The notes below the pieces were generated by a model. The model did no database searches and was not told the origin of the DNA. It was given only the letters and a program-made list of their open reading frames with translations. A stretch of DNA of 64,000 bases from Felis catus (Eukaryota), in contig NC_058382.1 of NCBI RefSeq assembly GCF_018350175.1, positions 49,416,001 to 49,480,000 of the forward strand, in the 5' to 3' direction. Positions 1 through 13,009 of the stretch are shown in pieces. The position numbers and the translations under genes are program-made. Every line of letters starts with the position of its first letter. Positions within the stretch are counted from its first letter, which is position 1.

Positions 1-1997
1 GCGCCTGGCATTCTGACAGACAGAACTATGAGCTAATCAGTAGGTACTGTTTCAAGCTGCTTAGTTTGTGGTACAGCGATAACAAAGAGTGACCCAGTAA
101 CAATAATTAATCATCATCATCATAAAGTCATGCCCTTTGACTCAAAAATTCCACCTCCAGAATCCATCCAAAACACAGGAAAACTTTTACGCACAGAGTT
201 GCTTGTTTCATGTTATCTACAAGTAAATTATGCATATTTACATAAGGGAGTATCCTGAAAGTGTTTAAAAATGACACGGAAAAATACAGGAGCCAAAAAC
301 TGCAAACAGAGTATCATAACTCACCATATCACCTCATCAGAGGAAGTTATTATTGAAAAGGAAGACAAAAAACACTAACTGAGGTTTCCCTACTCCTACC
401 TCAGAAAAAAGGGGCCAACATCATCATGTTCGTAGCAGCACATTAAGGACGGTCATGCTGGGCTGTCAGGAGAATGCAAAGAGGGAAAGCAGAAAAGAGA
501 AGATCCCCTGACCAGGGTAGAAGCTGGTGCTCTGTGGGGCACAAGAGTCCCCGGAAGGCCTCCTCACCTCAGGGCACCAGGCAGGGACTGGCTGGGAGAT
601 GCTAAGTCTGGGCACCAGGGGGTTAAGAACCACAGCAACCCCGTGATCCTGCAGCAAGAGAGGAAGGGAGCCCCAGGGATGGCTAGGAGAGAATTCCCCC
701 GCAGCCTGCAGGAAGGGGAGATTAAAGACTTAGAGGAGTAAAGTAGTATTTTATACCTACTACGAACTGAAATTTAAATCAGCTACTTATGCCTTAAAAA
801 ACACCGAAGAACATATATCAGAATGTTTCAATGGCAGTTGTTCCCACAGGGTTTTTGTCTTACTCCTCTACGTGAGCCTACGTTTTTGTACTACTTACAT
901 ATTTACATGACTTTATAATTAAAAAAAAAAAAAACTTTTTCTCAAAGGCATCCCCAGCCTCTTCTGTTTCCGCGCTTCTGTCCTAGCCTCAGTCCTCAAC
1001 GCCTGCGGCCTGGCGGACACAACCTCAGACAGTGCGCCTTCCCCACTCCTCTGTTCCACCCGACACGGAACTTCTGAAAGCGCAGTTCGGACTACATCGC
1101 TCCGCTGCTCCAAAACCTTCCTTGGTTTTCTACTGAAGGCTAAAGACAATCAAGTGGAAATCTTCCAAACTGGATGCTTCCAGAACTTTTTAGTCTGACC
1201 TTCCTTCTCTACTTGCCCAGGCCACACCCATTCAAAGCTCTCACCTTTCTCCAAGGTCAGCGATGCTCCCAATTCTAAAGAGATGCTTAAGCTCCTCTTC
1301 CCATCCGGAAGGTCCTTCTCGCCTGTTCTGCTGTTGAAATTCTACTCATCTTTTAAGTTCCAAGACATACGTCCCCTAAGAACCTCACCCAGAGTCTGCC
1401 ATAGGGATTCCACCCTCTCCCAAAGCACCTTCTCTGCCCCCGTCACAGGGCTTGCTGTCACTTGCCATGTGGTAGCGGCTGCTGCACACGTTTATCTTCT
1501 CCCACTAATTGGGGAGCCCCCAGAAGGCAGGGTCCATCTTCTTTCTCCCAGAGCACCCAGCGAGGTGCTTTGTACATGCAGGTGCTCTGTGAACATCTTC
1601 TGTTTGGAAGATAGGTCAGAACCAGGTCAAAATCTGGGTCCTTCCTTTCCAAAATGTGCCAAGGTGCTCCTTGACATCTCAAAGAATTTTTTCAGTAGCT
1701 TCCCTTGGTTAATTTATCACCCATGAATTTATCTACATCTGTAAAGTTCCTTCACTTCTTTAATGCCTTCTAGAATAATAAACTTTAGTAGTTTGCTGTC
1801 TGCTCTGTGAAACCTTCAACAAGAACAGAAGCATTTGACGAACCAAATGTGTCCACCTTACTCACACCTTATAATGTAAAATTCCAATCATATCTTCTCT
1901 CAGCCTTTGTTTTTAAGGTACTAAAACGTCCTCTCCTGACTGCAGGAAAACAAACTTACTGCTCAGAACTGCTCCCTGTCAAAAGAGGTTATCTTTA

Positions 1998-2211
1998 GGA
2001 GCACCTGGGTGGCTGGGTCAGTTAAGCATCCAACTTTGGCTCAGATCATGATCTCACGGTTCACGGGTTCGAGGCCCGCGTAGGGCTCTGTGCTGACAGC
2101 TCAGAACCTGGAGCCTGCTTCAGATTCTGTGTCTTCCTCTCTCTCTCTCTCTGCCCCTCCCCCGCTCATACTCTCCCTCTCTCTAAAAAATAAACATTAA
2201 AAAAAAAAAAA
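1998..2211 (+). mobile_element. CanSINE (SINEC_Fc-type)
   Basis: GG(A)GCACCTGGGTGGCT head, (CT)n tract, AATAAA and poly-A tail. Confidence 0.9.
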
Positions 2212-2749
2212 GAGAGAGAGACCTTTAAACATAAGAGAATAAAGTTTCTAATAGCCCTTGTTCTCCAATTGCAGGATGGGAGCTTTTGTGACACACTTCA
2301 GGAGTCGTATGACCTTTCTGAAATAACACAACCATGGCGCTGACAGTGGCACTTGATTCTTGTTGGCCTGGAAAATATGTAATTAATAATTTGGAAAAAG
2401 CTGGCTAACTGAAGGCTACTAAAAAGATATCAACTCCAAGAGACTGTGTAGGCCTCTGTACATGAATGGATGCTGCTCTGGTTTAAAAAGCCATTTCTGC
2501 ACGAAGCCAGCTGTGTTTGTAAGCGCTTGATTTCACCAAACCAAGGAAACTGACCACAGTTTATCAAAAGGAAGAAAGACTCTACATGGCATTTCTGCAT
2601 GTGTAAAATGGAAATCATCTGGCACAGCAGAAAGGGTGTGCACGGGCTTTGGGGTCAGAATTGGATTAAAAACTGTCTTTTACCACTTCTCAAGTGTACA
2701 ATAGAAAACGATCCAGCAAAGGTTGTCACAGACCTCTGGTGTTGTTGAA

Positions 2750-3530
2750 ATTAGCAGATACTTATTAGCTATTTTAGTTGATTTCATGGCAGTATCAGAA
2801 CTAATGATCACTCTCTCCTTAAGACCTGTGGCTTCCGTAACATGACTCTCTCCTGGGACCTAACTCTGGACGTCCCTTTCTAGTCTGTTCCTAATCAATC
2901 CATTTCTCCCCATCTCTGCCTCAGCTCAGGCCTGTGTCGGTCCTCACCTGGAAAGAGACACCCATCTACCACCAACCCAGCTCCACCCTCAGGGCTGGTG
3001 CTGGGTCCCACAGCTCGCAGGATGAAGGACAACACCCTTAGCATGACATTAAAGGTCACTTAAGACCTCTCTCTGGCTCACTTCTACAGTCCATCTTAGG
3101 CCTCTCACCTTCCAACCCCATCCCAACATTCCCGCCATGATGAATTTGTTATCAAGAATTCCCTCCAGCCCTCCAAATCCAAGCAAGCACCACCCTCTCA
3201 CCTCCGGACCCTCACATCAGCCGCTTCCTCCGCCTGGGTGACCCTTCTCTCCATGCTTCACCTGGCCAATGCCTTCTTGTCCTTCAGGATTCAGTTCAGG
3301 CTCATCCCAGGAAGTTATTCTGACCCATCCCCTCTTGCACACACCAGGGAGTCACCTGTGCTTCCACAGGACCCAAGGCTTATCTCTACGTAGTACTTGT
3401 GGTACTTTACAATAATCCCCTATTTACTATTGCATGACCTCGGTCTGACTGCAATTCCTTAAGGGTAAAAACCAATTCACAAGTACAATGCCTAGCACAG
3501 CATATGGCGTGTACTCAATAAATGCTACCT
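2750..3530. mobile_element. Degenerate L2 fragments
   Basis: L2-like 3' end (...tgcctagcacagcatatggcgtgtactcaataaatg) with a pyrimidine-rich body. Confidence 0.55.
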
Positions 3531-3554
3531 ATCATAGACAATATAGGTCTTAAA

Positions 3555-4072
3555 AGCTCATGCTGTACAAAAACTTGTACACAAACGTTCATGACATCAT
3601 TAGTCCTCACAGGCAAAAATCGGAAACCACCCAAATGTCCAACAATTGATGAATGGATAAACAAAATGTGATATATCCCTACAGTGAAATATTATTCAAC
3701 CCTAAAAAGGACTGAGCTTCTGATACATACATATGGATGAGCCTTTAAAAGAACGAAGTGAAAGAAGTCAGTCACAAAGACCACATAGTCTAGGATTCCA
3801 TTTCTATGAAACATCCAAAGAGGCAGATCTATAGAGAAGCAAGCAGATTAGTGATTGCTTAGGGCTGGGCGGGGGGGGGGGGGAACTGGAGGCTAGGGGG
3901 CAGGGGAGGTGATGTCTAAAGGGTACAAGGTTTCTTCCTAGGGTGATGAAAATGTTCTAAAAATGACTGTGGTGATGGTTTCACTCTGTGAATGTACTAA
4001 AACCCACTAAATTGTGTACATTTTAAACAGGTGAATTATACAAGAGGTGAATTAGATCTCAATAAAACTGCT
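3555..4072 (+). mobile_element. Old L1 (L1MB/L1MC-like) 3' end
   Basis: aaaacttgtacacaaacgttc...gaatggataaacaaaatgtg...ctcaataaaactgct, typical of an L1M 3' UTR. Confidence 0.8.
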
Positions 4073-4094
4073 ACCCTCCCCCCCCCCAAAAAAA

Positions 4095-4795
4095 ATTGAT
4101 AAATACAGTGTGCTCTTGGTTTCGGGACTAGATTCACATGATTCATCACTTAGATACAACACCCACTGTTCATCCCAACAAGTGCCTTCCTCAATGTCCA
4201 TCATCCATTTTTCCCTCTCCCCTGCCCCTCCATCAACCCTCAGTTTGTTCTCTGTATTTAAGAGTCTCTTATGGTTTGCCTCCCTCTCTGAAACTATTTT
4301 TTTCCCTTTCCCTTCCCCCATGGTCTTCTGTTAAGTTTCTCAAATTCCACATATGAGTGAAAACATTATCTGTCTTTCTCTGAACGACTTATTTCACTTA
4401 GCATAATACCTTCCAGTTCCATTCATGTTGCTGCAAATGCAAAGATTTCATGCTTTCTCATTGCCAGGTAGTCTTCCATTGTATATATAAACCACATCTT
4501 CTTTATCCATTCATCAGTTGATGGACATGTGGGCTCTTTCCATACTTTGGCTATTGTTGATAGTGCTGCTGTAAACATTGGGGTACATGTGCCCCTATGA
4601 ATCAGCACTCCTGTACCCTTTGGATAAATTCCTAGTAGTGCTGTTGCTGGGTTGTAAGGTAATTCTATTTTTAATTTTTTGAGGAACCTCCACGCTGTTT
4701 TCCAGAGCGGCTGCACTAATGTGCATTCCCACCAACAGTGCAAGAGGGTTCCCATTTCTCCTCATCCTCACCAACATCTGTTGTTTCCCGAGTTA
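4095..4795 (-). mobile_element. Carnivore L1 3' fragment (ORF2 C-terminus and 3' UTR)
   Basis: ORF 4423-4755 gives [33 protein letters not shown]...WIKKMW, the L1 ORF2 cysteine-rich C-terminus. Confidence 0.9.
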
Positions 4796-5689
4796 ACATT
4801 TTCATCTTTTGGAAAACAACCGGTACGATACTTTACAAATGGTCAGGGGACACTGAATTTGGAGATGGATTGCATTACCGATCCATTTTGGATTTACAGT
4901 TAAATTTTGGTGCAAACACAATGGTTCTGTTAGAAAGCTCATCTCTCTGGGAAGATAATATATAGCTTCATAGGGCTATCTTGCTACCCTGATTCAATGC
5001 AAAAGAAAGCCTCCCTACAGAGACCACCGCTATCTGCAGAACAAAAGCCAACGTTTGTTTATTTCTTCAAATAAACTAGCAAAGAAATAAACTCTTCCTC
5101 TTTCAACCTCAGCTGAATTAGAAAGAGCTGTTCAAAAATATGAAAACACTTTGCCTATTCATCCTTCCAAATGACGCCAAGTGGAAACATCCAATCAGTG
5201 CAAATCAGAGCTAGGTCAGCTCCCCGAAAATCAGTTTGTCACATGCCTGAGCAATGACTGTAACGTATGTACTATCAGATTTCATAGAATAAAACCACAG
5301 ACTGAAACCCACTCACATAAAAAGGATCAGAGCATTTCCAATGACAATATCCAATCTCTTTATAAATCAGAGACAGCCACTGCTGCCAAGGCTGCTTTTG
5401 AACCATCCTTGTCTAATGCTTTCTAGAGGTTTGTATCCGAGGTTCTGTTCACACACTCAGCACAATGGGTGTTTCTTGGGAAGTCTCTGTCTAAAATGAG
5501 AACATCCTCACGTTCCCACAAGCTAAGACGGCACAGAGTGGGTATCTCTAGGAAAATCACCTAACCTTTCTGAATCTCAGGTTCCATGTCCGTAAAATAA
5601 GAGGGTAGACGGGCTGTCTTCCACAGGTCCTCTCGGCTCCATAAGGCTATCTTGTCGGGCTGTTTCTTGCTTCCTTACACAAGCTTTCT

Positions 5690-6465
5690 AATATAATCAT
5701 AATAATTAACACGTAGCAAGCAATTAATATATGCCGATCACTGTGCTAAACGCTCTATGTTGATTATCTCACTCAATCCTCACATTAACTGTCAGGTGGT
5801 GTGCAGAAAAGAGTTACCCCAGCAGGCAGGAGACTGCTAACCTCAGAAAGGCCAGCTTGCAAGGATGGCTTTCGGCTGGTGTCTGGGAACTTGGATTTGG
5901 AGTGTTCCCACCATTCCCTAACTGATAAGAGTGGCTCCCTGTGCCTACGCTATGTGTACAAACAATGTGGTTTATGCTGAGCGCCTGCCGCCCTGCTGGG
6001 GGTGTGCGATTGTGATTCATGCGCTCCAGAGGGAGCCTGGGTGACCCGCCCCAGATAAAAACCTTGGGCACTGAGTCTCTAATGAGCTTCTCTGGTACAT
6101 TTCACATGCGTTGCTATAATTCAAGACTGGAGGAATTAAGCATGTCTGAGGGACTCCATTGGGAAAGGTCTCTTGCACCCAGTTTCCTCCAGACTTCACG
6201 CCATGTGCCTTTTCACTTTGAATTTGCTTTGTGTCCTTTCACTGTAATAAATCGTAATTGCAAATACAGCTGTGAATCCTCCTAGTGAAACCAGAAGTGG
6301 TGCGGGGAATCCTGGACACAGGCAGATACTATTACTCTTGTTCTATGTATAAAGAAACTGAAGCTTAAAAGGAACTAATGTGCCCAAGATCACATGGCAG
6401 ATAGATGACATAACCTGGATCCTGACACTGCGCTCCAGCTCCAAACTCTTAAACTCTTGGCTGTA
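5690..6465 (-). mobile_element. MIR split by the LTR (5690-5799 and 6321-6465)
   Basis: aatcctcacattaact...|...gaaactgaagcttaaaaggaactaatgtgcccaagatcacatggc matches the MIR core on the reverse strand. Confidence 0.7.
5800..6320 (+). mobile_element. Solo LTR, MER68/MER21-like (ERVL), inserted in a MIR
   Basis: TG...CA termini (TGTGCAGAAAAGAGTTA...GGACACA), internal AATAAA near 6246, degenerate 5-bp TSD GGTGG/GGCAG, MIR halves on both sides. Confidence 0.75.
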
Positions 6466-6998
6466 CATACTCTTCCCCTATTCATTACTGCATCTTTACA
6501 TCAAAAGTTCTAGAAAACAAATAATTTGCAGAATTCACAGCATAATAGTCACTTTCACCAAAAACAGCTCTACTATGCCTTCCGTCCCCATAGTTTTCAA
6601 AATGAACTTTCAGGGAAACTAGGAAAGCTGGGACCAAAGCTGGACTGCTCCAGGAAAATGTCTGGACTATATAACTAGTCATTGCCTTTTAGTTAAAGAA
6701 TTTGCCGAGTTGTGTTTTATTTTTGATTTGTTTATTTAGAGCAAAAAAAAAAAAAAAGCCTCAATTTTTATCTGTCTGGACGAGTTGCTGTAATGTTGAG
6801 ACTAATAAGTCACCCACCATTAGGGAAGCAGGGAATACACTTTCTGCTGAGATGCTTCATTTTTAATTTCAAAAAGAAACAGAGTAGCAAGAAAAAATTT
6901 ATTGGAGAATGTCTCTATGAACCTAGAATATAGATTTTTCTTAAACAGACTGAAAAAGCACAACCTATAAATTCAACTGCATTAAAAATATACTTCTA

Positions 6999-7220
6999 GG
7001 GGCTCCTGGGTGGCTCAGTCAATTAAGTGTTGGACTCCTGACTTCGGCTCAAGTCGTGATCTCACAGTTCGTGGGATCAAAGCCCACATCAGGCTCTGAG
7101 CTGGCAGCACAGAGTCGACTTGGGATTCTCTCTCTCCCTCTCTCTCTGCCCCTGCCCAGTGTGAGGACCTGTGCCCATGCACGCTCTCTCTCTCTCAAAA
7201 TAAGCAAACAGTAAAAAAAT
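6999..7220 (+). mobile_element. CanSINE
   Basis: GGGGCTCCTGGGTGGCTCAG head, (CT)n tract, A-rich tail. Confidence 0.9.
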
Positions 7221-7254
7221 TTTTTTCAATAAAGTAAAATCTTCAAAAAGAGAG

Positions 7255-7255
7255 A

Positions 7256-7300
<45 letters not shown>

Positions 7301-7301
7301 A

Positions 7302-7340
<39 letters not shown>
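7255..7340 (+). repeat. (GAAA)n microsatellite
   Basis: About 20 GAAA units read directly. Confidence 0.95.
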
Positions 7341-7341
<1 letters not shown>

Positions 7342-7364
7342 ACAAACTTGACCACAGTGTGAAG

Positions 7365-8138
7365 AAGTGAAAGGCTGCTTAAAAATGATGAAAACCTTAG
7401 TAGAGTCTGTAAGACTAAAGGGGAAAAGAACTGTACATAAGCACCGCACTCCAGCTGATAAAGTCACTCCTACAAGGGTACAGGTTAACAATTCTGAAAC
7501 GACCATCCACGTATTTTGGAATGAACAATTACGTAAATGGACAGAGGATGGCTGGGGGCCCATTTCTCATGACTGGCGTGGGAGATTACTGACAAGCAAA
7601 GGGTGGAGCCACAACGACACTTGTGGTAATGACTTAGAGTAGATGTTAAACATGAACTCCCGTTGAGCTTAATATACAGATGGTTACATATACATACACT
7701 TACAGATACACACATATTCATGGATTAGTAGTATATTTCCTGTTTTGTCATATGAGTGCCTGGAAGCGATGACACCCAAGAGCAACGAGCACATCTGTAA
7801 CCAGGTTTTAGTATCTGATGTCATTCTCCAATAAAAGAAACCAGGACTCCTTGGACAAATGGCTAATTCTGGGACTGGGGCAGGAAAATATACATGATGA
7901 GAGTTAAGCATCTTATAGTGCCAGAAAATAAGGAAGTACTTTGTATTTTAAAAACGTACAAACAAGTGGAAACAATGATGGGGGTCATGCCAAAGGAATA
8001 CATGAAACATCTGAAAGAGCTCCCAATGGTGAAAACTGGGACAACTGGAGCAACAAAATAAATATAGTAAAATAAAGTAGTATTGGATTATAATCCAAGG
8101 TATAAAATATATATCACACTGATACAAGCAACTAATTC

Positions 8139-8174
<36 letters not shown>

Positions 8175-9270
8175 ACGAACGAACGAACGAACCCTCCACT
8201 GTTTAAATTCAGGCCTCATGGGGGAGCCTGGACGGCTCAGTTGGTTGATCGCCCAACTTCAGGTCAGGTCATGATCTCATGGTTCATGGGGTCAGGCCCT
8301 GTGTTGGCCTCTGTGCTGACAGCTCAGAGCCTGGAGCCTGCTTCCGATTCTGTGTCTCCATCGCTCTCTGCCTCTCCTTTGCTTGTGCTCTGTCCCTATC
8401 TCTCAAAAATAAACAAACATTAAAAGAAATTTTTTTTAACTTAAAAATAAATAAACAAACTTAGGCTGCATATACAGACGATTTTCCAAATAGTGTAGTA
8501 TAAACAGAAGGCAAAAATAGTAAGTTTATAGTAGACAAACCTGACAAGCACTACTTCAGCCAGGTCAACATCAACAGCGATATGTCACTTTCACAGTAAG
8601 TACTGTTGATACGATGTGATGAGAATGATACTTTATCTCTAGGGTCCTCCCCGAAACCCATAAGCCCAGTCTAATCACGAGAAAGACCATCAGACAAATC
8701 CGAACTGAGGGATATTCTACAAAACACCTGACTGGTATTCCTCAACACTGTCAAAGTCATCAAAGACATCATCTGAGAAACTGTGACAGCCAAGGAGCCT
8801 GAGGAGATGCATGTAAATGTAATGTGGCGTCCTGAATGGAATCCCAGAACAGAAAAAGGACATTGGGTGAAAACTAAGGAAATCTGAGTAAAGTAGATTC
8901 GAGTTAAGTATCAATATTGATTTGTTAATTGTAGAAAATATACCATACTAGTATAGGATGTTTTTGTAAATATTTTTAAAGTTTTTATCTATTTTTAGAG
9001 AGAGCACAAATGTGCACAAGAGTGAACACAAACGTTAAATTAAAAAAAAGAAGAAGAAGAAGAATATAGCGCTCAAACTCACAAATTGTGAGACCATGAC
9101 CTGAGCTGAAACCAAGAGTCAGAGGCTTAACCAACTGAACCACCCAGGTACCCCAGAGTATAAGATGGTTTTTAATAGGGGGAAATGGGTGCAGGGTATA
9201 TGGGAACTCTCTGTACTATCTTCCCAATTTTTCTGTAAGTCTAAAATCATTCTAAAATTTATTTTTAAAA
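7365..9270 (+). mobile_element. Old L1 (L1MC/L1MD-like) 3' region, interrupted by (GAAA)n(GAAC)n at 8140-8190, a plus SINE at 8221-8460 and a minus SINE at 8975-9154
   Basis: L1M 3' UTR motifs (aaaagaaaccaggactccttggacaaatggct; gggtatatgggaactctctgtactatc) with nested SINE heads and tails. Confidence 0.7.
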
Positions 9271-9614
9271 CTATGAAAATCGAAACACCTTTTTCCTAAT
9301 TCGTGTTAATAGTGTTCATCAACATAATTGATTTTTTTACACTTACTAACTCAACAAATATTTATTGAGTGCTCCTGCATACCAAGCACCCCCTCAGGGT
9401 GCTCCCCCTGGAGCAGCCGGCGAAAGATGAAAATAAACAGTGACTGAGGGCGAAAGTGGTACAAGATGCGATCTGAGAAGTAGGCAGAGACCAGCCCACA
9501 AAACAGTCTAAAATAAGGAATTTATATTCTACACTCCATGCAACAGGAAGTCACTGAAGCATTTTCATCAAAGGAGGGATATGAACAAAATAAGGTTTTA
9601 AAAAAAATCACCTT

Positions 9615-10055
9615 GATATTTTATCACAGCTTTAACCATAATCGCCAAAAAGTGGTAACAACTTGAATATCCATCAACGGGTGTATGGATAGACTGTGGC
9701 CTCTGCATACTCTGGAATACTACTGGTGGGCAATAAAAAAGAAGAGACTAACTGGGATGCTTAACAACCAACACAGATGAATGTCAAAGGCACTAGGTCA
9801 AGGGTGACAGGCCAGGTTTAAAGGGCTCCACACTGTACAATCCTTGTCTTACATAAACCACCTCAGCAGCTGCCAGAGGGCGGTGCTATGACCGTCTACA
9901 CAGGGGCACCGGGGAACTGTGTGGCGGGTTCTGTATTTTAATTGTGGTGGTGGCTACAGGACTACGTACAGTGGCCAAACTCAACAAATTTTACACTGAA
10001 AAGGGGGAATTGTATATTAACTATACTTCAATAAACTTGGTTTAAAAAAAAAAAA
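9615..10055 (+). mobile_element. Old L1 3' end (L1MB/ME-like)
   Basis: aatatccatcaacgggtgtatggatagactgtgg...ctatacttcaataaacttgg followed by poly-A. Confidence 0.65.
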
Positions 10056-10062
10056 ACACTCT

Positions 10063-10521
10063 GGGGGAGCCTAGATGGCTCAGCAATTTAAGCATCTAAC
10101 ACTTGATTTCAGCTCAGCTTATGATCTCACGGTTTGTGAGTACGAGCCCCGTGCTGATTACTTGGAGCCTGCCTGGGATTCTCTGTCTCCCTCTCTCTCT
10201 GCCCCTCTCCTGTTCATGAGCGCACACCCTCTCTCTCTCTCAAAATAAACAAATAAACTTAAAAAAAAAGAAAAGCCTTTAAGGGCACCTGGGTGGCTCA
10301 GTTGGTTAAGCGTCTGACTTCAGCTCAGGTCATGATCTTGAGGTTCGTGAGTTCGAGCCTGGCGTCAGGCTCTGTGCTCACAGCTCGGAGCCTGGAGCCT
10401 GCTTTGGATTCGGTGTCTCCGTCTCCCTCTGCCCCTCCCCTGCTCACGCTCTGTCTCTCTCTCGCTCTTTCAAAAATAAAATAAAAAGCATTTAAAAAAA
10501 TTTTTTTAAACAAAATAAAAT
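10063..10521 (+). mobile_element. Two tandem CanSINEs (10063-10270 and 10283-10521), the second inserted in the tail of the first
   Basis: Two heads. TSD AAAAGCCTTTAA at 10271-10282 and 10522-10533. Confidence 0.9.
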
Positions 10522-10824
10522 AAAAGCCTTTAAAAAAACCACTCGGCTCTGCGGAAGATGAAGTGGAAGGAAGCAAAAAGCCGGGATGCAGGTAAAGTGG
10601 TGCTGAGTATGTCCAACTACCTTGCAATACTGAGTTTTAGACACCTCATGGCTGCCAAAGCAGAGACATTAGGCAAACTGTTGCCATGGGTTTGGATTCC
10701 TGTCTTCATCAAACTCCTATTCTGAACTGTTTCTGCTCTTCCCGTTGGTTTAGAGCTTGTGAACTGCACATTCCACCATCTTATGTCTTTGAGAGTGAAA
10801 CTATTTCATCTCCAATGCAAGAGC

Positions 10825-10975
10825 ATAGCTACTAGCTACAAGTGGCTATTTAAATGTCTATTAATTAAATTTTAATTAAATTAAAAATGCAATTTCTTGG
10901 TTGCCCTAGCCCCATTTCAAGTACTCAACGGTCACATTTCCATCAGTACAGAAAATTCTACTGGACGGTGTTGCT
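10825..10975. mobile_element. MER3/MER33-like hAT MITE fragment
   Basis: tagctactagctacaagtggctatttaa...catttccatcagtacagaaaattctactggacggtgttg. Confidence 0.65.
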
Positions 10976-11155
10976 CTAGAAAGTTATCTCTAAGTTTTCT
11001 TACAGTCTTAACACTCATCGATTCCAGGGATCACTTCGGAGCAGTTGCCAAGAACCACAGGTTCTTTACTACTGATCAGTGACAGGGACATCTCAAGGCG
11101 TTGTTTTATAAAGTGCATGACTCTTGTAGAAAATGTGAAAAAAAGAGTTTCATCT

Positions 11156-11678
11156 GCGGCGCCTGGGTGGCTCAGCTGGTTAAGCATCTGACACTCGATT
11201 TCAGCTCAGGTCATGATCTCACAGCTCATGGTTTGTGAGTTCGAGCCCCACGTCGGACTGGGCACTGACAGTGCTGAGCCTGCTTGGGATTCTCTTCCCA
11301 CCCCACCCCCCCCCCCCGCCCCACCTGCACTACGCATGTGCATGGGTTCTCTCACTCTCTCTCAAAATAAATAAATAAAAACTGCAAAAAATAAATAAAA
11401 ATTAACAATTCAATAAAAGAATATCATAAAGAGACTACCATCAATAAAGAACTTAATTCCAGGGCACCTGGGTGGCTCAGTTGGTTGAGGGTCCGACTTC
11501 AGCTTAGGTCTTGATGTCATGGTTCATGAGATCGAAACCCACATGGGGCTCTGTGCTGACAGTTCAGAGCCTGGAGCCTGCTTCAGATTCTGTGTCTCCC
11601 TCTGTCTCTGCCCCTACCCCGCTCATGCTCTCTCTCTCTCTTTCAAACATAAATAAACATTAAATAAGAAAAAAAAAT
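11156..11678 (+). mobile_element. Two CanSINEs (11156-11400 and 11462-11678)
   Basis: Two heads and tails. The second has TSD CTTAATTCCA (11452-11461 and 11679-11688). Confidence 0.9.
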
Positions 11679-11791
11679 CTTAATTCCAAACAATTCTTTT
11701 AAAGAAAAAAAAAAGTTTCACCTTTCAGGCCGGGGGTTTTCTCTGAAAAACCAAAATGCTTTAAGTTTTTAAAAAACAATTTAAAAACAAA

Positions 11792-11989
11792 TTTTTTTTA
11801 ATGTTTATTTATTTTTGAGAGAGAGAGAGCAGAGGAGGGGCAGAGAAAGAGGAGACACAGAATCCAAAGCAGGCTCCAGGCTCTGAGCTGTCAGCACAGA
11901 CCACAACTCTGGGTTCAAACCCACAAGCCATGAGATCATGACCTGAGCCGCAGTGAGATGCTCAACCAACTGAGCCACCCAGGTGCCCC
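11792..11989 (-). mobile_element. CanSINE
   Basis: Reverse complement of the SINE, ending ...tgagccacccaggtgcccc. Confidence 0.9.
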
Positions 11990-13009
11990 TAAAAAACTAT
12001 TTTTAAAAGAGGCAGGGTGTTTTGAAAAGTTTATTGTTCTGGCTTTCCTTTTCAAAAACACAATGTGAAGAGTTTTGATTTTTTCTGTCTGAATGAAACA
12101 GTTAATAAAGCAGGTCCAGATCCCTCCCCGTTGCCACCAGAAACAACCACAAAACCCTACTAATTCAAACTAGGTTGCACCTTTCCAAACGAATAGAAAA
12201 ATATAAAAAGAAAAAGAGAAGCTCCCGCAAGGCAGTTAAATTGCCCAATTTACTTTGTTCTCTTTCTATGACAACTGCTGTTCAGATTTAATTATTTGAT
12301 ATTACCTCATACATCCTAATATATGTGTCAGCACCCTCTCAGCAGGCCTCTTCAATTACATCTCCATAGAGAAGGAGGGGTGGGACTACCTGGGTTTCAG
12401 TGAGAATTAAAGCATTTGCAGATTAGTAGCTTCCAAATTAGCAGGCTCAGAGGTACCATACATGACTGTTGTTAGTCCCCGTGAAAGCAATTAACAAGGA
12501 GGGCAACAGGAGTACACTTCTTTTTCCCTAGGAGTCTGGCGCCTCCCTTGGGGACAGCAGGCCTCCCAAGACACCGTGCTGACAGTGCAAAATGTCTCAG
12601 AAACCTTTAATCCAAACGCTGCGGCTCAAATTCTCCCTGGGGCCTATGTATCAGAGGGGACCACAGAGCAAAGCGGTGGGTGGCTCCTACACTCATTAAT
12701 CTTTATGGCAAAAAAAAAAAAAAAGGGATGGAGTTTTAGAAAGAAGAAACCACATCACCCCTTGATGTAATCCAGAGTTCCCTTCAGTATAATTCACCTG
12801 AGTACTGATACAGTGTGCGCTGTGCCCCAGGCAAGGGCTCAATAAATTCCTGTTGAATCAATCTATGAATGAAAGCCTGGCCCACAGAAGGTAATCAATA
12901 AATATTTGTTGAATAAATGGAGAATCACCAAGACCCTGTCCTGGGTGATGGAGTAGGGGAAATGGGATATTTATTGTGGAATGACTGTATGACAGATTCC
13001 TACAGACCG

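Noticed and set aside
1998..2080. tRNA-like A and B boxes in SINE heads as tRNA genes
   Set aside because: CanSINEs are tRNA-derived. There is no complete cloverleaf, and each continues into (CT)n and poly-A.
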